This document shows, in pieces, positions 25,380-38,175 of a stretch of DNA of 64,000 nucleotides. The stretch is from Eledone cirrhosa (taxonomy: Eukaryota), in contig OZ024740.1 of NCBI GenBank assembly GCA_964016885.1, positions 20,894,001-20,958,000 on the forward strand, in the 5' to 3' direction. The notes under the pieces were generated by a model. That model ran no database searches. It saw only the letters and a program-made list of their open reading frames with translations, and was not told the origin of the DNA. The position numbers were made by a program, and so were the translations under genes. Position 1 is the stretch's first letter. Each line of letters opens with the position of its first letter.

Positions 25380-28300
25380 GGCGACCGTTGTGGTCAGTGT
25401 CCGATAATCGGACGTGTGTAATTACGGCTTACATGAAGGCAACATACCATATATTGGAAAAAGTTGAGCTACATTACGCGGTAAGATTACATACAATAAT
25501 TCTACATAAGTGTTTGAACTGTAAGTGTGTTGTAAAACACCTATTTATATGAACGATACATACACTTATGATATATGAACGATACATACACTTTAACATA
25601 TAAATGCAACGTTGTTATATTACATTTATAAAGAAATATAAAAGTAACGTTTTCGATTCAGAAACAAAAATATATGTGTTTGAACTGTGAATGTTGTGAA
25701 TATGTTGTAGAACACCTATTTATATGAATGATACATAAACTTTAACATATAAATACAGCGTTGTTATATTATATTACATTCGTAAAGGAATATACTAAGT
25801 AACGGTTCTTTTTGTTCTCGATTCAAACGATTCAAGAACAACGTTTAAAACACAGTTGTAGAATTTAAAACTAACTGAAAAGAAATATTACCCAAGCTGT
25901 GAATAACTTTAAATTTGATTCTGACAGAACTTTGTCGTAACTTTTAAAGAAGATCATCGACTATTTAAAAAAAATAAATACAAAATATTAGTGAATAGAC
26001 GAACTCATCATGGCAAAAAGTACAAGTCTCCTTCGACCAAATCGCAATTACAACCGTTGTATACAGTGGAGCTACGAGCTTAACAAAGAATTATATGAAG
26101 CATACAAACAATCTGAACCCCAAAAGTTCGGTTTTATGCAAAGGCTAAAAACTTTATGGAACTCCAAACACCCAGAATTAGACTTTTCTCCAAAGCATCT
26201 AAATGAACAGGCAAAACGTATCATTAGATGTAAATTGATACATCTAACGGAATCGAGTGATACTACAAATACAGCCCTTGTAGACAACCACCCCACCTCC
26301 ACTGACAGACAAAGAGAATGGCCAGCTAAATCTAACAGTGAACAGCTCACCAACAATTTTGCTGAAATCCATCCCACTTCCACTGAAGAACAGCGAGAAA
26401 GGTCAGCTGACTCTAGTAGTAATTGTCACCACATCAACAACGAGGCTGCAATTCATGACTCTACTGAACAAACAGAGCACTAAAAACTTGTGGGCACCCT
26501 ACAAGTGATATGGAACGATATGTTTCAAGAGATACACAGCCTTAATGTGAGTGACAGACCATACAACACTAGAGTCAGTAAAGAACCCACTAAATTGGAA
26601 TTGGAAGCGGTGAACGAAATAGCTGGCAATTATCTGAAGGCTATACGATCTAAAGGTGTAGAAACGACATTTGAAACGCTCAATGTTTTGTTATATGTTT
26701 CAGCTGTCACATTGCTATCATATAACACACATCTAAAACCACGCAATCAAGATACAAACAGAAAGCCTGAACCAGCGTGGATGCGAAATTTAAAAACCAA
26801 AATTTTGTCCCTGAGACGAAGTATCTCACACATCGCAGTCGTTATGAAATGCAACATAGAGAGAAACTTCACACGACACCAGGAAGACCTAAAGAAAAAG
26901 TTAGAGAGACGATTTGGAGATACCAAATTTAAAACTTTGAACTCCAAATTACACCAGTTGAAACAACAACTCACAGCTACAACAGAAAGACTAAAATATA
27001 AGTCAACAGCCCATAAACGACAAGTGCTAAATAGATTGTTTGCCAGAGATCTTAAATCAGTTTATCGCAGCTTCGGTGGCAAAAGCTCAATCCCTGTAAA
27101 CGACACCCCTTCAAAAGAACAGGTTGAGAACTACTGGAGATCTGTATGGGAAACGGATGACGGATTCAACAGACAAGCTAATTGGCTAAAACAACTGGAA
27201 CAGGACTACTGCCAACATGTCCAGACAAAACAATATGACATAGATGGGTCAATACTGGAAACAGCTCTACAGAAAATGTCGAATAGGAAATCGCCAGGTC
27301 CAGACCTCATTACAGGATACTGGTTGAAGAATTTCACTTTCTATCGGCAAGATCTCGTACGGCTGTTTACAGAAACCATTAAGGGCACACAAGAACTGCC
27401 CAGATGGTTATCAACTGCCACTACTCTCCTCATTCCCCAAAATAGCCAAACCACCCTTGTTAAAAATTACCGCCCAATTGCCTGCCAAAACATCATGTAT
27501 AAATTATATACTGGGTGCCTTAACCTGTTCTTACAGGATCACTGTGCTACCAACAACATCATAACACCTGAGCAAGCTGGTGGAAAGAGCGAGGTGTGGG
27601 GTTGCATAGATCACCTACTAACTAACAAAATGATTCAGGAAAAAACAACAAAGAATCGCAGAAACATGACTGTCGTGTGGCTGGACTATCAAAAAGCATT
27701 TGATAGTGTACCTCATGGGTGGATTATTAAGGCTTTACAGTTAGCTAAAGTCCCACAACCATTAGTAGCTGCTGTTGAACGCCTGACCAAGAACTGGTAC
27801 ACCAATTTGATCCTTAGAGGTGAGAAGGAGCAGGTTAAGACTGATAGGATACATTACCAGAAGGACATCTTTCAGGGTGATAGCTTGTCAGTACTACTCT
27901 TCATTCTCTCACTGAATCCACTATCTTACCTACTCAGGAAACAAGGTGGACAAAGAAGTGGGCCCAGAAGTATCTCCCATCTTTTCTTTGTTGATGACCT
28001 GAAGTTGTATGGGCCAAATATCAATGACATCAAGAAACAATTGGACCTCATTACACAATTTTCAACCGACATCAAAATGAAGTTTGGTGAGTCCAAGTGT
28101 GCATATTTGGCAGTAAAACGTGGAAGAGCTGTGCCCTCCTCTAGAAATCTAGAGATGAACGGCCTGACAATACAACCTCTGCAGTCAGGTGACAACTACA
28201 GATATCTTGGACAGGATGAGAATGTCAGATATGATGGACCCATAAATAAGGAGAGAACCAGAACTGAATACCTCAGAAGAGTAAAAAAAATATGGTCATC

Positions 28301-29606
28301 AGAACTGTCAGCATACAACAAATACATTGCCCACAATACCTATGCTGTGCCAATTCTAACGCCAACATTTGGCCTACTGAACTGGTCATTGCAAGAACTA
28401 AGTGAGATGGATGTTAGAACTCGAAAACTTCTCAGTGTTACTGGGAACTTTAACATCAATGGTGATGTGGATAGGCTATACTTCTCATGCAAGGAAGGTG
28501 GCCGGGGTCTAAAATCAATATTAACAACATCTGAGACCCGGATAGTAACACTGAAGCAACACCTTCAACAGAGGAAAAAGGTTGGCGACCATCTTGCTCA
28601 GGTCTATGAGCATGAAAAAAGAAATATCATTAGAATAGCGACTGATCTGGAGGAGAGATATGGAATAAAGCCTGATATAAATCTCTCACCCAGAGAAATC
28701 GGAAGATCCTATTCAATGTTCAAACAAGAAAAAAAAATTGACCAATTTACAGAGAAAGTTGTGCATGGATACTTGAGGCGTAAAACACAGACCATAGAGG
28801 GGATAAACCACTCAAAAAGCCTGGCATGGAGTTCCGACAAGTTTATGACATCACACCTTGAGGGATATCTCTATGCAATACAGGAACAAGAACTCCCTAC
28901 CAAATATCTGCTGCACAAAAGAGGAGGGCCAGCAGCTGACAATAAATGTAGGCTATGTAAAACAAAGATCGAGGATGTAAGCCACATTGTTGCCAGCTGC
29001 GAAAGAATGTCATCTCGCTACTACCTCCCCATGAGACACGATGGGATAGCTAGAACTATCTGGAACGCACTTCGGAAAACAAAATTAACAACAAACGAGG
29101 AAGAATATATTGAGACAGATGGCACTAAGGAATACTGGTGGAACCTGAAAATAAAAACTGCCACCAAATTAAAGCACAACCGGCCTGATATTGTAGTTTG
29201 GGACCACACATTGAAAACGTGTTCTGTTGTGGAGATCAGCTGCCCACTTGATGTAAACGTTGTCAGAAAAATACAGGAGAAGGAGGACATCTACGGACCA
29301 TTGATGAGGAGCTTACAAATCCAGTATCCAAGATACACCTTTAGCTTCATACCCATCATTATTGGTGCTACGGGCTATATACCAACCCGCTTGGACCAAA
29401 GTATGACCGAACTTGGATTTGCGGACAAAAAGCGCAGCTCCCTAATTCATAGTCTACAAATGGCTGCGATAGCTGGCACCTTCAAAATATGCAAAACATT
29501 CTTGCGATTCAAGGGATGACAATTTCTTTTCTTTTACAACCTTGCCACCAGGAAGGTGGCCGGTCAAAAAAATATACTCGAAATTAAGAGAAAGAGAAAA
29601 AAAAAA
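25380..29606 (+). mobile_element. R4/Dong-clade non-LTR retrotransposon (5' boundary uncertain)
   Basis: Contains the ORF at 26010-29519, a short 3' UTR ending in an A-run, and (TACA)n/(TA)n on both sides. Confidence 0.75.
26010..29519 (+). CDS. R4/Dong-type RT + CCHC + restriction-like endonuclease ORF with one in-frame TAA at 26481
   Basis: ORFs 26010-26483 and 26490-29519 share a frame. RT motifs 'KSPGPD', 'NYRPIAC', 'DYQKAFDSVPH', 'IFQGDSLS' and 'LFFVDDLKLY'; zinc knuckle 'CRLC..EDVSHIVASC'; 'RHD'; RLE 'RPDIV..VEISCP..K..Y'. Confidence 0.9.
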
Positions 29607-29659
29607 TATATATATACATACATATATACAGATATACATACATACGTACACACATACAT

Positions 29660-29762
29660 ATATGATGGCTGCCCCCTCGTTATCGAGTATGGCCATTGCA
29701 CAAAAAAAAAAAAAAAAAAAAAAAAAAATAATAATAATAATAATAAAAAAAAAAAAAAAAAA

Positions 29763-29805
<43 letters not shown>

Positions 29806-32266
29806 GCAATAATAATAATAACGACAACAACAATATACATATTCATATATATATACACACACACGCACGCACATAAGCATATCTACACACACACACACAC
29901 ACAAACACACGATAGCAACTAACAGTGCTGCGATCGAATGTGGCTTTTTAGCCCAGCCAATGATCCAAAATGTCTTGCACAGAGTCGGCAACCAAAACAT
30001 TTACTGGGAATAGTCGGCTGTGGTTGGAGTTCGTGTACTTTTGCATGTCGCTTGAGTCCTCCTGCTGATTTACATTCTCTACCACATGTTTGGCAAGCAT
30101 GATGAGTAGCATCTCCAACAGCAGCCTGGTAGTCAACCACTGGTCTTACTTTATGACTGCGAAGATGACTTTCGAGTCCAGCTTTGCTTAGGCAGAGTCT
30201 CGCACAGACGCTGCATGTCAGAAACATAGGAGGACCCTCGCCGTCTGGAAGTGCAACAGCAATACCCTTCCTCACGTCCCGCTTTACTTTCTCGTGTGCG
30301 ATTCGAGATGCCTCAAAGGCAACTTTTCCCTCATATACAGTCTTTCTCCATTTATTACGATCAGCAGCAATATTTTCCCATGTATCAGCAGAGATGTTAG
30401 CGTCTTTCAGAGAGGCCTTCAAGGAATCCTTATACCTCTTTTTTGGTTTATGTGGCGGTCGTTTTCCTTTAACCAACTCTCCATAGAAGAGTTGTTTTGG
30501 TATTCTAGAATCCTTCATCCTGGCAAGGTGACCACTCCAACGGAGTCGCTGCTTAAGCACAAGAGCTTCTATACTGTCACACATAGAGCTTTCCAAAATC
30601 TCGACATCACTGATGTGGTCCCTCCAGCGAACGCCATGTATCCGTCTGAGACACATCTGATGGAAACGCTCCAATTGCTTAAGGTGGCGTCGATATGTGA
30701 CCCAGGTCTCGCAGGCATAAAGAAGACAAGAGAGTACACATGCCCTGTACACCTTTACCTTTGTCCTCCTGCATATGTCTCGCCGACCCCAGAGTCGCCT
30801 TTCTAGCTTTCCGAAAGCATCACTTGCTTTCCTAATCCTAAGTGAGATTTCACTGTCAAGGTTGCCGTATCGATTGACAGTGCTTCCCAGGTAGACAAAC
30901 TGATCAACCACTCCAAGTCGTTTGCCATACACATAGATGTTTGGTTCAGTGTACTGCCTACCAGGTGCAGGTTGGTACATGACGACGGTTTTCTTGAGAC
31001 TGACAGTCAAACCCAGGGCAGTGCAAGCGTCAGAAAATACATTCAAAATGTGCTGCATATCACTCTCTGTGTGCGCTACAAGATCGCAATCATCTGCATA
31101 CAAGAGGTCTCTTATGACTGATGTAAATACTTTTGTCTTCGCAGCAAAGCGCCTGATGTTAAATATGCTGCCTGAGGTTCGATATCGGATGTAAACACCA
31201 TGCTCGCAATTCCTGAATGCAACACAGAAAACCATTGCAAAGTATATGGCAAACAGGGTCGGTGCTGGAATATCCCCCTGTTTCACTCCATTTTTTACTG
31301 AGATAGGCTCCGACATGTTACCTCCGACATTAACCCAAGCCTTCATGTCGTCATGGAAAGACCTAACTAAAGCAAGGAACTTATCAGGGCAACCAAGTTT
31401 CTGGAGAACCTTCCATAATGCATCTCTGTTGACAGTATCGAAAGCCTTTGTCAGATCGACAAAAACCTGATACAGATCCAAGCCCTGTTCAATGCACTTC
31501 TCCTGGAGCTGTCTAGCTGAGAAGATCATATCAGTAGTGCCGCGTCCAACACGAAAACCAGATTGACTTTCAGGAAGGACACAATCTGCAATGTGTGTCA
31601 GCAGACGGTCCAGAAGCACCCTACATAAAACTTTCCCCACGACAGAAAGCAATGATATACCTCTGTAGTTCCCACAATCATTCCTGTTACCCTTTCCCTT
31701 GTACAAGACCACCATTACTGCATCTCTCCAGTCCTCAGGCACGGATTCATTAGCCCATATCCCTCCAAACAGAGAGTGAAGATGTTGCAGGAGTCTCTCA
31801 CCACCATATTGTAGGAGCTCAGCATGTATGCCATCCATACCTGGAGATCTTCCACTGTTCAGCTTCGAAATAGCCACTGCAACCTCCACAAGTGTCGGAG
31901 GCTCTGCGAGAGCTACTTTCACAGGACTTTCCGGAATGAGATTGAGGAAATCTTCACTGACGACAGACGGCTGATTCAAAAGATCATCAAAGTGCTCCCG
32001 CCACCTTCGTAGAATTCCCTGTGAGTCACGAAGAAGTTCTTTGCCATCCTTGCTGCGAATCGGTGTCACCAGAGAAGAAGACGGTCCATAAACCTCACGC
32101 AAGAGACTGTACAACAGCTTTGTGTTATTGCAATCAGACGCAGTTTGTATCTCACCAGCCTTCTCACTCCACCACTGATCCTTCATCTGAGAAAGACTCC
32201 GCCTAACACGTGATTTTACATCCCTGAGCTCCTCATGCAACGTATTCCTCTCCTGTGGTCTTGCCG
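29660..32266 (-). mobile_element. 5'-truncated RTE (BovB-like) LINE with an uninterrupted RT ORF and three C-terminal C2H2 fingers
   Basis: ORF 32266->29919: 'SPGMDGI', 'NYRGISLL', 'QSGFR', 'FVDLTKAFDTV', 'GVKQG', 'LLYADD', 'FVYLGS' and 'RLRWSGH'; no APE domain. 3' stem-loop at 29664-29694 followed by an (ATGT)n tail. Confidence 0.92.
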
Positions 32267-32296
32267 TATACATATATACAGACATACATACGTACA

Positions 32297-32330
<34 letters not shown>

Positions 32331-32779
32331 CATACATAAACACACGCATGAGAAAATTGCCCAAAATGGGTATAGATGAATAAAATATTTGCCTGAAACT
32401 TGTTCCTACCACTTCTCTGTATCAATAGGACTTAGTATTATATAGATATACTTCTCTTATACCAATATCGATCGTTGTTTGTGGCCAAAAACAAATGTTG
32501 TACTTTAACAAATCAACACCCCCTTCCATTCCTCTCTCTTCATTGCCATTTAAGAAACAAACTAAGCTTTTGATTGAAAGTCACGGGACGGATATGTAAC
32601 AAACAGATCACTCTTCTCTATGCAGCCATTTTGTCTCGCTTTTTCGCTGTAGGAAAGCATGTAGATTATAGTCGTGTGTCTTGTTTGCCAAGTCTCTCTT
32701 TATTTGTGTCACTGATTGTATTTACCAGGACTCATTCTGTCTCTAATGGTCTCTATAATTGTCTAGCTGCTTGTAAGCT

Positions 32780-33032
32780 TCTCTCTTCTCAGAGCACATC
32801 TTTCTCTCTTTCTTCTCCGAGCACTTATCTATCTGTCTCTCTGTCTCTCTGTCTCTCTGTCTCTTCTCTCTTCTCTGAGCACTTCCTCCTCTCTCCTCTG
32901 AGCACTTCTCTCTCTCTCTTTCTTCGAGCACTTGTCTCTCTCTCTCTCCTCTGAGCACTTCTTTCTCTCTTTCTTTCTTCTCCGAGCACTTGCCTATCTG
33001 TCTGTGTCTCTCTGTCTCTCTCTCCTCTGAGC

Positions 33033-33074
<42 letters not shown>

Positions 33075-33192
33075 TTCTTCTCTGAGCACTTGTCTGTCTG
33101 TCTCTCTCTCCTCTGAGCACTTCTTTCTCTCTTTCTTCTCCGAGCACTTGTCTGTCTCTCTCTCTCTCTCTCTCTCTCCCTCTCCTCTGAGC

Positions 33193-33232
<40 letters not shown>

Positions 33233-33300
33233 AGCACTTCTCTCTCTCTCTTTCTCTCTCTAGCTATCTCTCTCTTTCTTCTCTGAATACTTGTCTATCT
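32780..33300. repeat. CT-rich minisatellite punctuated by (CT)GAGCACTT
   Basis: More than 10 recurrences of GAGCAC separated by (CT)n runs. Confidence 0.85.
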
Positions 33301-33449
33301 CTCAGCTAACTTCATCCTCTCTTCTTACTCTTGATGTCTCTATCTACCTCCACCTACACATGTATCTGTTTATCTAAGTGCCCCACATATATGTACCCTT
33401 ACCAAAATCCTCAAATACAATCAGTACGACACTGAAATTACTGGTACAT

Positions 33450-33735
33450 TCCGCGTGGTGTATTGGACTTGCGATCATTATGTCGTGGGTTCGATTCCTG
33501 GACTGGGTTGTGTGTGGTGTTCTTGAGCAAGACACTTTATTTCACTTTGCTCCAGTTCACTCAGCTGTAGAGATTAGTTGCGATGTCATTGGTGTCAAGC
33601 TGCATCGGTCATTGCCATTCCCCTGGGCAACATCGGTGGCATGGAGAGGAGAGGCTGGTATGCATGGGCAACTGCAGGTCTTCCACAAACAACCTTGCCC
33701 AGACTTGTGCCTCGGAGGGGAACTTTCACCAGGTT
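33450..33735 (+). mobile_element. tRNA-derived SINE (V-domain-like core)
   Basis: B-box GGTTCGATTCC followed by 'gtgttcttgagcaagacacttta..tgctccagttcactcagctg'. Confidence 0.7.
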
Positions 33736-33959
33736 GACTCTGGAAAATGTGTCGTTGTATGTGGCATTACAGAACGGGAAGACGGTCATTCCCTCTGGTC
33801 TTTTGTCGTCCCCTCCGGTCCAGCCCCACCTGAAGGTATTTAAGAATGTTCGAAAGTATGGCAGAATTTATTGAAACAATTGTCAATATAGTTATATGTA
33901 TTTGAGAATATTCAAAAGTATAGGAGCCTTTACTGAAACAATTGTCAATATATTTACAG

Positions 33960-34086
33960 GTCAAACAGTCGCCGCGAGAGGATATTGCGGCCATTACGTT
34001 TATTTAAAACAAAGACATTCTACAAATTATGGTTTATTTTCGTACTCAATGGTCAAGGCATTGCTTTTATGTTAACTCTTTGGAAA
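33960..34086 (+). CDS. Internal coding exon D (K-SNSRRERILRPLRLFKTKTFYKLWFIFVLNGQGIAFMLTLWK)
   Basis: tttacag acceptor and AAA|gtaagt donor; 127 nt, phase 2 to 0. 'P...K...FY.LW..F..NG' resembles the start of the C-terminal MFS half in OFA-like proteins. Confidence 0.88.
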
Positions 34087-34282
34087 GTAAGTATTATATT
34101 AATGTTCTACATATCGTTTACAGGTAACTTTTAGTGGGATTGATTGGCCTGCTACAGATAGTAGCAAATGCTCCGCAAATCACATCATATCATGTATGTG
34201 TGTGAGTGTGTGTGTGAAAGAGACGTAAAGGTGATGGATTACATCTTCAACAGGATCCATGTTCACAATTATTAACTCTCTC

Positions 34283-34367
<85 letters not shown>

Positions 34368-34881
34368 GTAGAAATATCCATGATCCCCAGCAGACAACTG
34401 ATGAAGGAAAATTTTCTCCCGTTCGTGCTTTCCTCTTATTTATAGGAACAAATAATAACCTCTCTAAAGACTCGGCCATTTCATTGTACTGTGTTGCTTC
34501 CCTTTACTTTTCGCATATAGTAAAGAGAACAATTGTTTCACCTTAGCGGATACTCAGCTCGTAATGGACATGGTTATACTGCTCTACCACTACGGATATT
34601 ACCTTCCAGTGTTCTACTGCTCTATATATATAAACGACTCCCGTTAGTCACCTGTAACTTTGTGAGCTCAATGAATAAATTACCGGGTTCTCAATAATAT
34701 AGTATATAAAGAAGAAAACACAAAAAGGGGTTATGTTTTCATTTACAAGGGGCAGAGAACCACTAGAGTGAAAAATATAAGGTCTACGAAAAGTGGAGGA
34801 CTACATAGTAATTAAGAGGTAAAGTTAAAATGTAAAAAACCCACTTTTATAACTATACACACCTAGGTGAGTATATATATA

Positions 34882-35048
34882 GAAGTAGTTTCACAACAGT
34901 TAGTTAACAATTTCCGAGGACAATTGTGTAACGGATCATCAGGTGGGTTTTTTTTTGGGGGGGGGGGGTTCAACCGAGCTGATGATCCGTTAAGGTCAAA
35001 CAAATTGTCCTCGGGAATGGTTAACTAATTCTTGTGGAACTGCTTATA
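34882..35048. repeat. Fold-back repeat with CUGAUGA-UCCG...CGG-GAA hammerhead-like cores on both arms
   Basis: Arms 34882-34943 and 34978-35048 flank a T/G run. Confidence 0.65.
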
Positions 35049-35104
35049 CCAAACTCATCGCATGGACTGAGTGCCTTACTACTGCGGATTCACGAGTGTT
35101 CCAC

Positions 35105-35170
<66 letters not shown>

Positions 35171-35294
35171 ATAATAATAAATTTGAAGACTAAAATCCAA
35201 AGTATCGTCTTCCTGTCTTCCTCCGGTTGCAACGTTTTTTGAAATATTCAGCTCTGCGTTTACAGATTGACTTTGTTAGTTTCAGAAGATCCCG

Positions 35295-35343
35295 TTAAGG
35301 GTGAAAGCAGCGATTCTTTGCTTAAACTTTAATCTGTTATTTA

Positions 35344-35425
<82 letters not shown>

Positions 35426-35470
35426 TAAATAACAGATTAAAGTTTAAGCAAAGAATCGCTGCTTTCACCC

Positions 35471-35474
<4 letters not shown>
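35295..35474. repeat. Perfect inverted repeat around (TA)n, overlapping a degenerate hammerhead (CAGAAGA-UCCC-GUUAA-GGGU-GAAA, 35283-35305)
   Basis: ~55-bp arms are directly reverse-complementary. Confidence 0.75.
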
Positions 35475-35528
<54 letters not shown>

Positions 35529-35723
35529 TATATATAGGAACGAGTAGGACCCCGACGGCTGAGCTCAAGCCGTTTCGACAGCTAATTCTCTACTACCCTA
35601 AGTATTGAGTACTTTGGTGCGTTATGGTCCACCTGGTTCCTTACCACATTTCCTTCGTTATATATATATATATATATGAATTTGTTTTGCAAGGTTTTTG
35701 ATATAGAATCGTGTTGAAACAAA

Positions 35724-36237
35724 TATTGTTATACTTGGGGAGGGTCATATTGTTGTAATAATATTGCCAGAAAAAATTGTTTCTACTTTTGGCACAAGGC
35801 CAGCAATTGCCCAGTGCATTACTGGTGCTTTATTTTATCGGCCCCGTAAGGATGAAAGGCAAAGTTAACCTTGGCGTAATTTGAACTCAGAATGGCAAGG
35901 GCCATAACTCTATGCCTCAAAGCATGGCGTCCGGCCCCCTACCGATAATACCAATCTATTGCCAGAAATAATAACAAGAACGCACTCACTGTTTGGTTGG
36001 TTTTCGCTTCTGTATCTTTTATATCTCCATAGTTAATTTATTTGGCAATCAACGAAAGAACTATATATTTATATCTGTATTTTTAACCGTTGGTCAATCA
36101 ATGATAAACATTGATTGCCAAATAAATTAACTATGGAGATATAAAAGATACAGAAGCCAAAACCAACCAAACAGTGAGTGTGTTCTGTTATTTCTGGCAA
36201 TATTATTACAACAATATGACCCTCCCCAAGTATAACA

Positions 36238-36240
<3 letters not shown>
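35724..36240. repeat. Fold-back inverted repeat whose left arm is interrupted by a minus-strand tRNA-SINE (35774-35956)
   Basis: The arms match after removing the SINE; SINE TSD TATTGCCAGAAA (35762-35773, 35957-35968). Confidence 0.8.
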
Positions 36241-36302
<62 letters not shown>

Positions 36303-36336
36303 TATATGAAATCGAAAATGCAACTGGAGTATTTTT

Positions 36337-36383
<47 letters not shown>

Positions 36384-36441
36384 AAAAAAGATGAAATCTC
36401 ACATCTGTGAAAAAAACCACAGACTCTCCATCTCAATTCTA

Positions 36442-36477
36442 CTTTTGAAAAGCAGAAGAACTGCGAAACCGGTAAAG
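36442..36477 (+). ncRNA. Degenerate minimal hammerhead within fold-back 36300-36550
   Basis: CUU-UUGAAAA-GCAG-AAGAA-CUGC-GAAA-CCGG-UA^-AAG. Palindromic stem III, but the core has two substitutions. Confidence 0.55.
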
Positions 36478-36625
36478 GAACCAAATAAATATATATATTT
36501 TTAAACAAAGACTCCAGTTGCATTTTCGATTTCATCTTTTTTCCTTATACTTTCACTCGTGTAGGACACCTCGGATATTATTCATTTTGCAATAAAAAAC
36601 TCACTTTCTAGTATATATGTTCTAC

Positions 36626-36691
<66 letters not shown>

Positions 36692-36936
36692 GTAGAACAT
36701 ATATATATATTGAACGTCGATCGACAAGATCCCAGACCTCATTCGCTTAACGAGTTGGATGGAGCTCGTCAAATTGGACCGAGGTAACAATGTTTCCATT
36801 GGTCTTTCCAATTGCTAACAGTATCTGTCAGTCGCAAATCCAGGCTGAAGGAGCAACGTGAAATAATGTTTCCGGTCCGAGAATCGAAATCACATCACGA
36901 TTGCGAATCTCAGTCACGTACATATATGTATATGTA

Positions 36937-36999
<63 letters not shown>

Positions 37000-37439
37000 G
37001 GGGGGGGGTATTTATGTATGCATGTATGTGCAAATATATATATATATATAATGGAGCTCCTGATGAAGAGAATTAAAGAGGAATATCCGCCTTTTCTAAC
37101 AACAGAACGTCTCATACATTGAATTTCTGTATTCCCCATACATGTGCAAATAATTCTTAAGTGGCATCTACATAACACAATGTAACACTTTTGAAATACA
37201 ACTGCTTGCTGTTAATCCAACGGGCTTCTGTGTAGACTCCGCTTAAGCAATTTAACCCATAAATCTTGGTCTGAAAGAGGAATCTATCGTAAAAGATACT
37301 TGGCGAAGATGTCACGCAGTGGGACTCAACACAAGGCCCTCTGATTGCGAGGCAAACTTTTTAACCATATAACACACATCCTCTCTCTCTCTCTATCTAT
37401 CTATTTATTTATATATCTATCTCACTCTTCCTCTCACAG

Positions 37440-37562
37440 GCTTACGGTCAAACATTTATCAACGATGACTTCTTCCTGTCAACTGTTGGCGCATGCTCAT
37501 CGCTGTTCAACGCTTTTGGGAGAATCACGTGGGGTATTGTGGCAGACAAGTTCACCTTTAGG
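37440..37562 (+). CDS. Internal coding exon E (AYGQTFINDDFFLSTVGACSSLFNAFGRITWGIVADKFTFR)
   Basis: ctctcacag acceptor and AGG|gtaagt donor; 123 nt, phase 0 to 0. 'GQTFI.DD.FL..VG....FN..GRI.WG..ADKF' matches metazoan OFA-like MFS proteins and includes the MFS motif A repeat. Confidence 0.92.
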
Positions 37563-37682
37563 GTAAGTATTTCAATCGTGTTTACAGATATCCATCAGGG
37601 GTTATATTGTTTGTTGTTGTTGTTGTTGTTTGTTCCCAAGTCGATCCTGACTGAGCAGTTCTATTATTAAATACAATCCAGA

Positions 37683-38135
37683 GGGCGCTGGATTGATAGA
37701 ATCGGAAGAGCATCGAGCAACATGTATATAGTTACGTCCCTTTCCGTTCTTAGTTCAAATCCCGCCGAGGTTAGCTTTTCCTTTCATTATTAAGGAGTCG
37801 ATAACATAAAGTACCAGTAATGCACTGGGGTCAATTTAATTTCCCATTCCTTTCCCATTCCCTTCAAATTGCTGGCCTTGTCCCAAATGTAGAAACAATT
37901 ATTACGGAGTCGATAAGGCGGTGGATTGGCAGAATTGGTAGAGTGTCGGATACCATGCTTTGCAGCATAGAGTTAAGGCCCCTTACGTTCCGAGTTCAAA
38001 TCATGGCGAGGTTGACTTTGCCTTTCATCCTTACGGAGTCGATAAAATAAAGTACCAGTAATGTACTGGGGTTGATTTAATCGACTTTCCCCTCCCCGAA
38101 ATTCCTCGTCTTTGTGCCTAAGTCAAAAACCATTA
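37683..38135 (+). mobile_element. Two tandem tRNA-derived SINE copies (37683-37900, ~37915-38135)
   Basis: A-box-like TGGCAGAATTGG, B-box GAGTTCAAATC and core 'gactttgcctttcatccttacggagtcgataaaataaagtaccagt'. Confidence 0.8.
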
Positions 38136-38175
38136 TTAAAGACACTCCAACTATGGCTATCTCATCTTTTATTTT

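Noticed and set aside
25510-25805. ~165-bp imperfect direct duplication upstream of the R4 ORF as LTRs
   Set aside because: Adjacent tandem duplication with no LTR termini or internal domain.
34396-34420. CTGATGA here and at ~37060
   Set aside because: No properly placed stem II + GAAA; at most truncated remnants.
35550-35580. GAAAC-GGCU..AGCC-GUC hammerhead 3' half on the minus strand
   Set aside because: No CUGANGA core was found upstream; fragment only.
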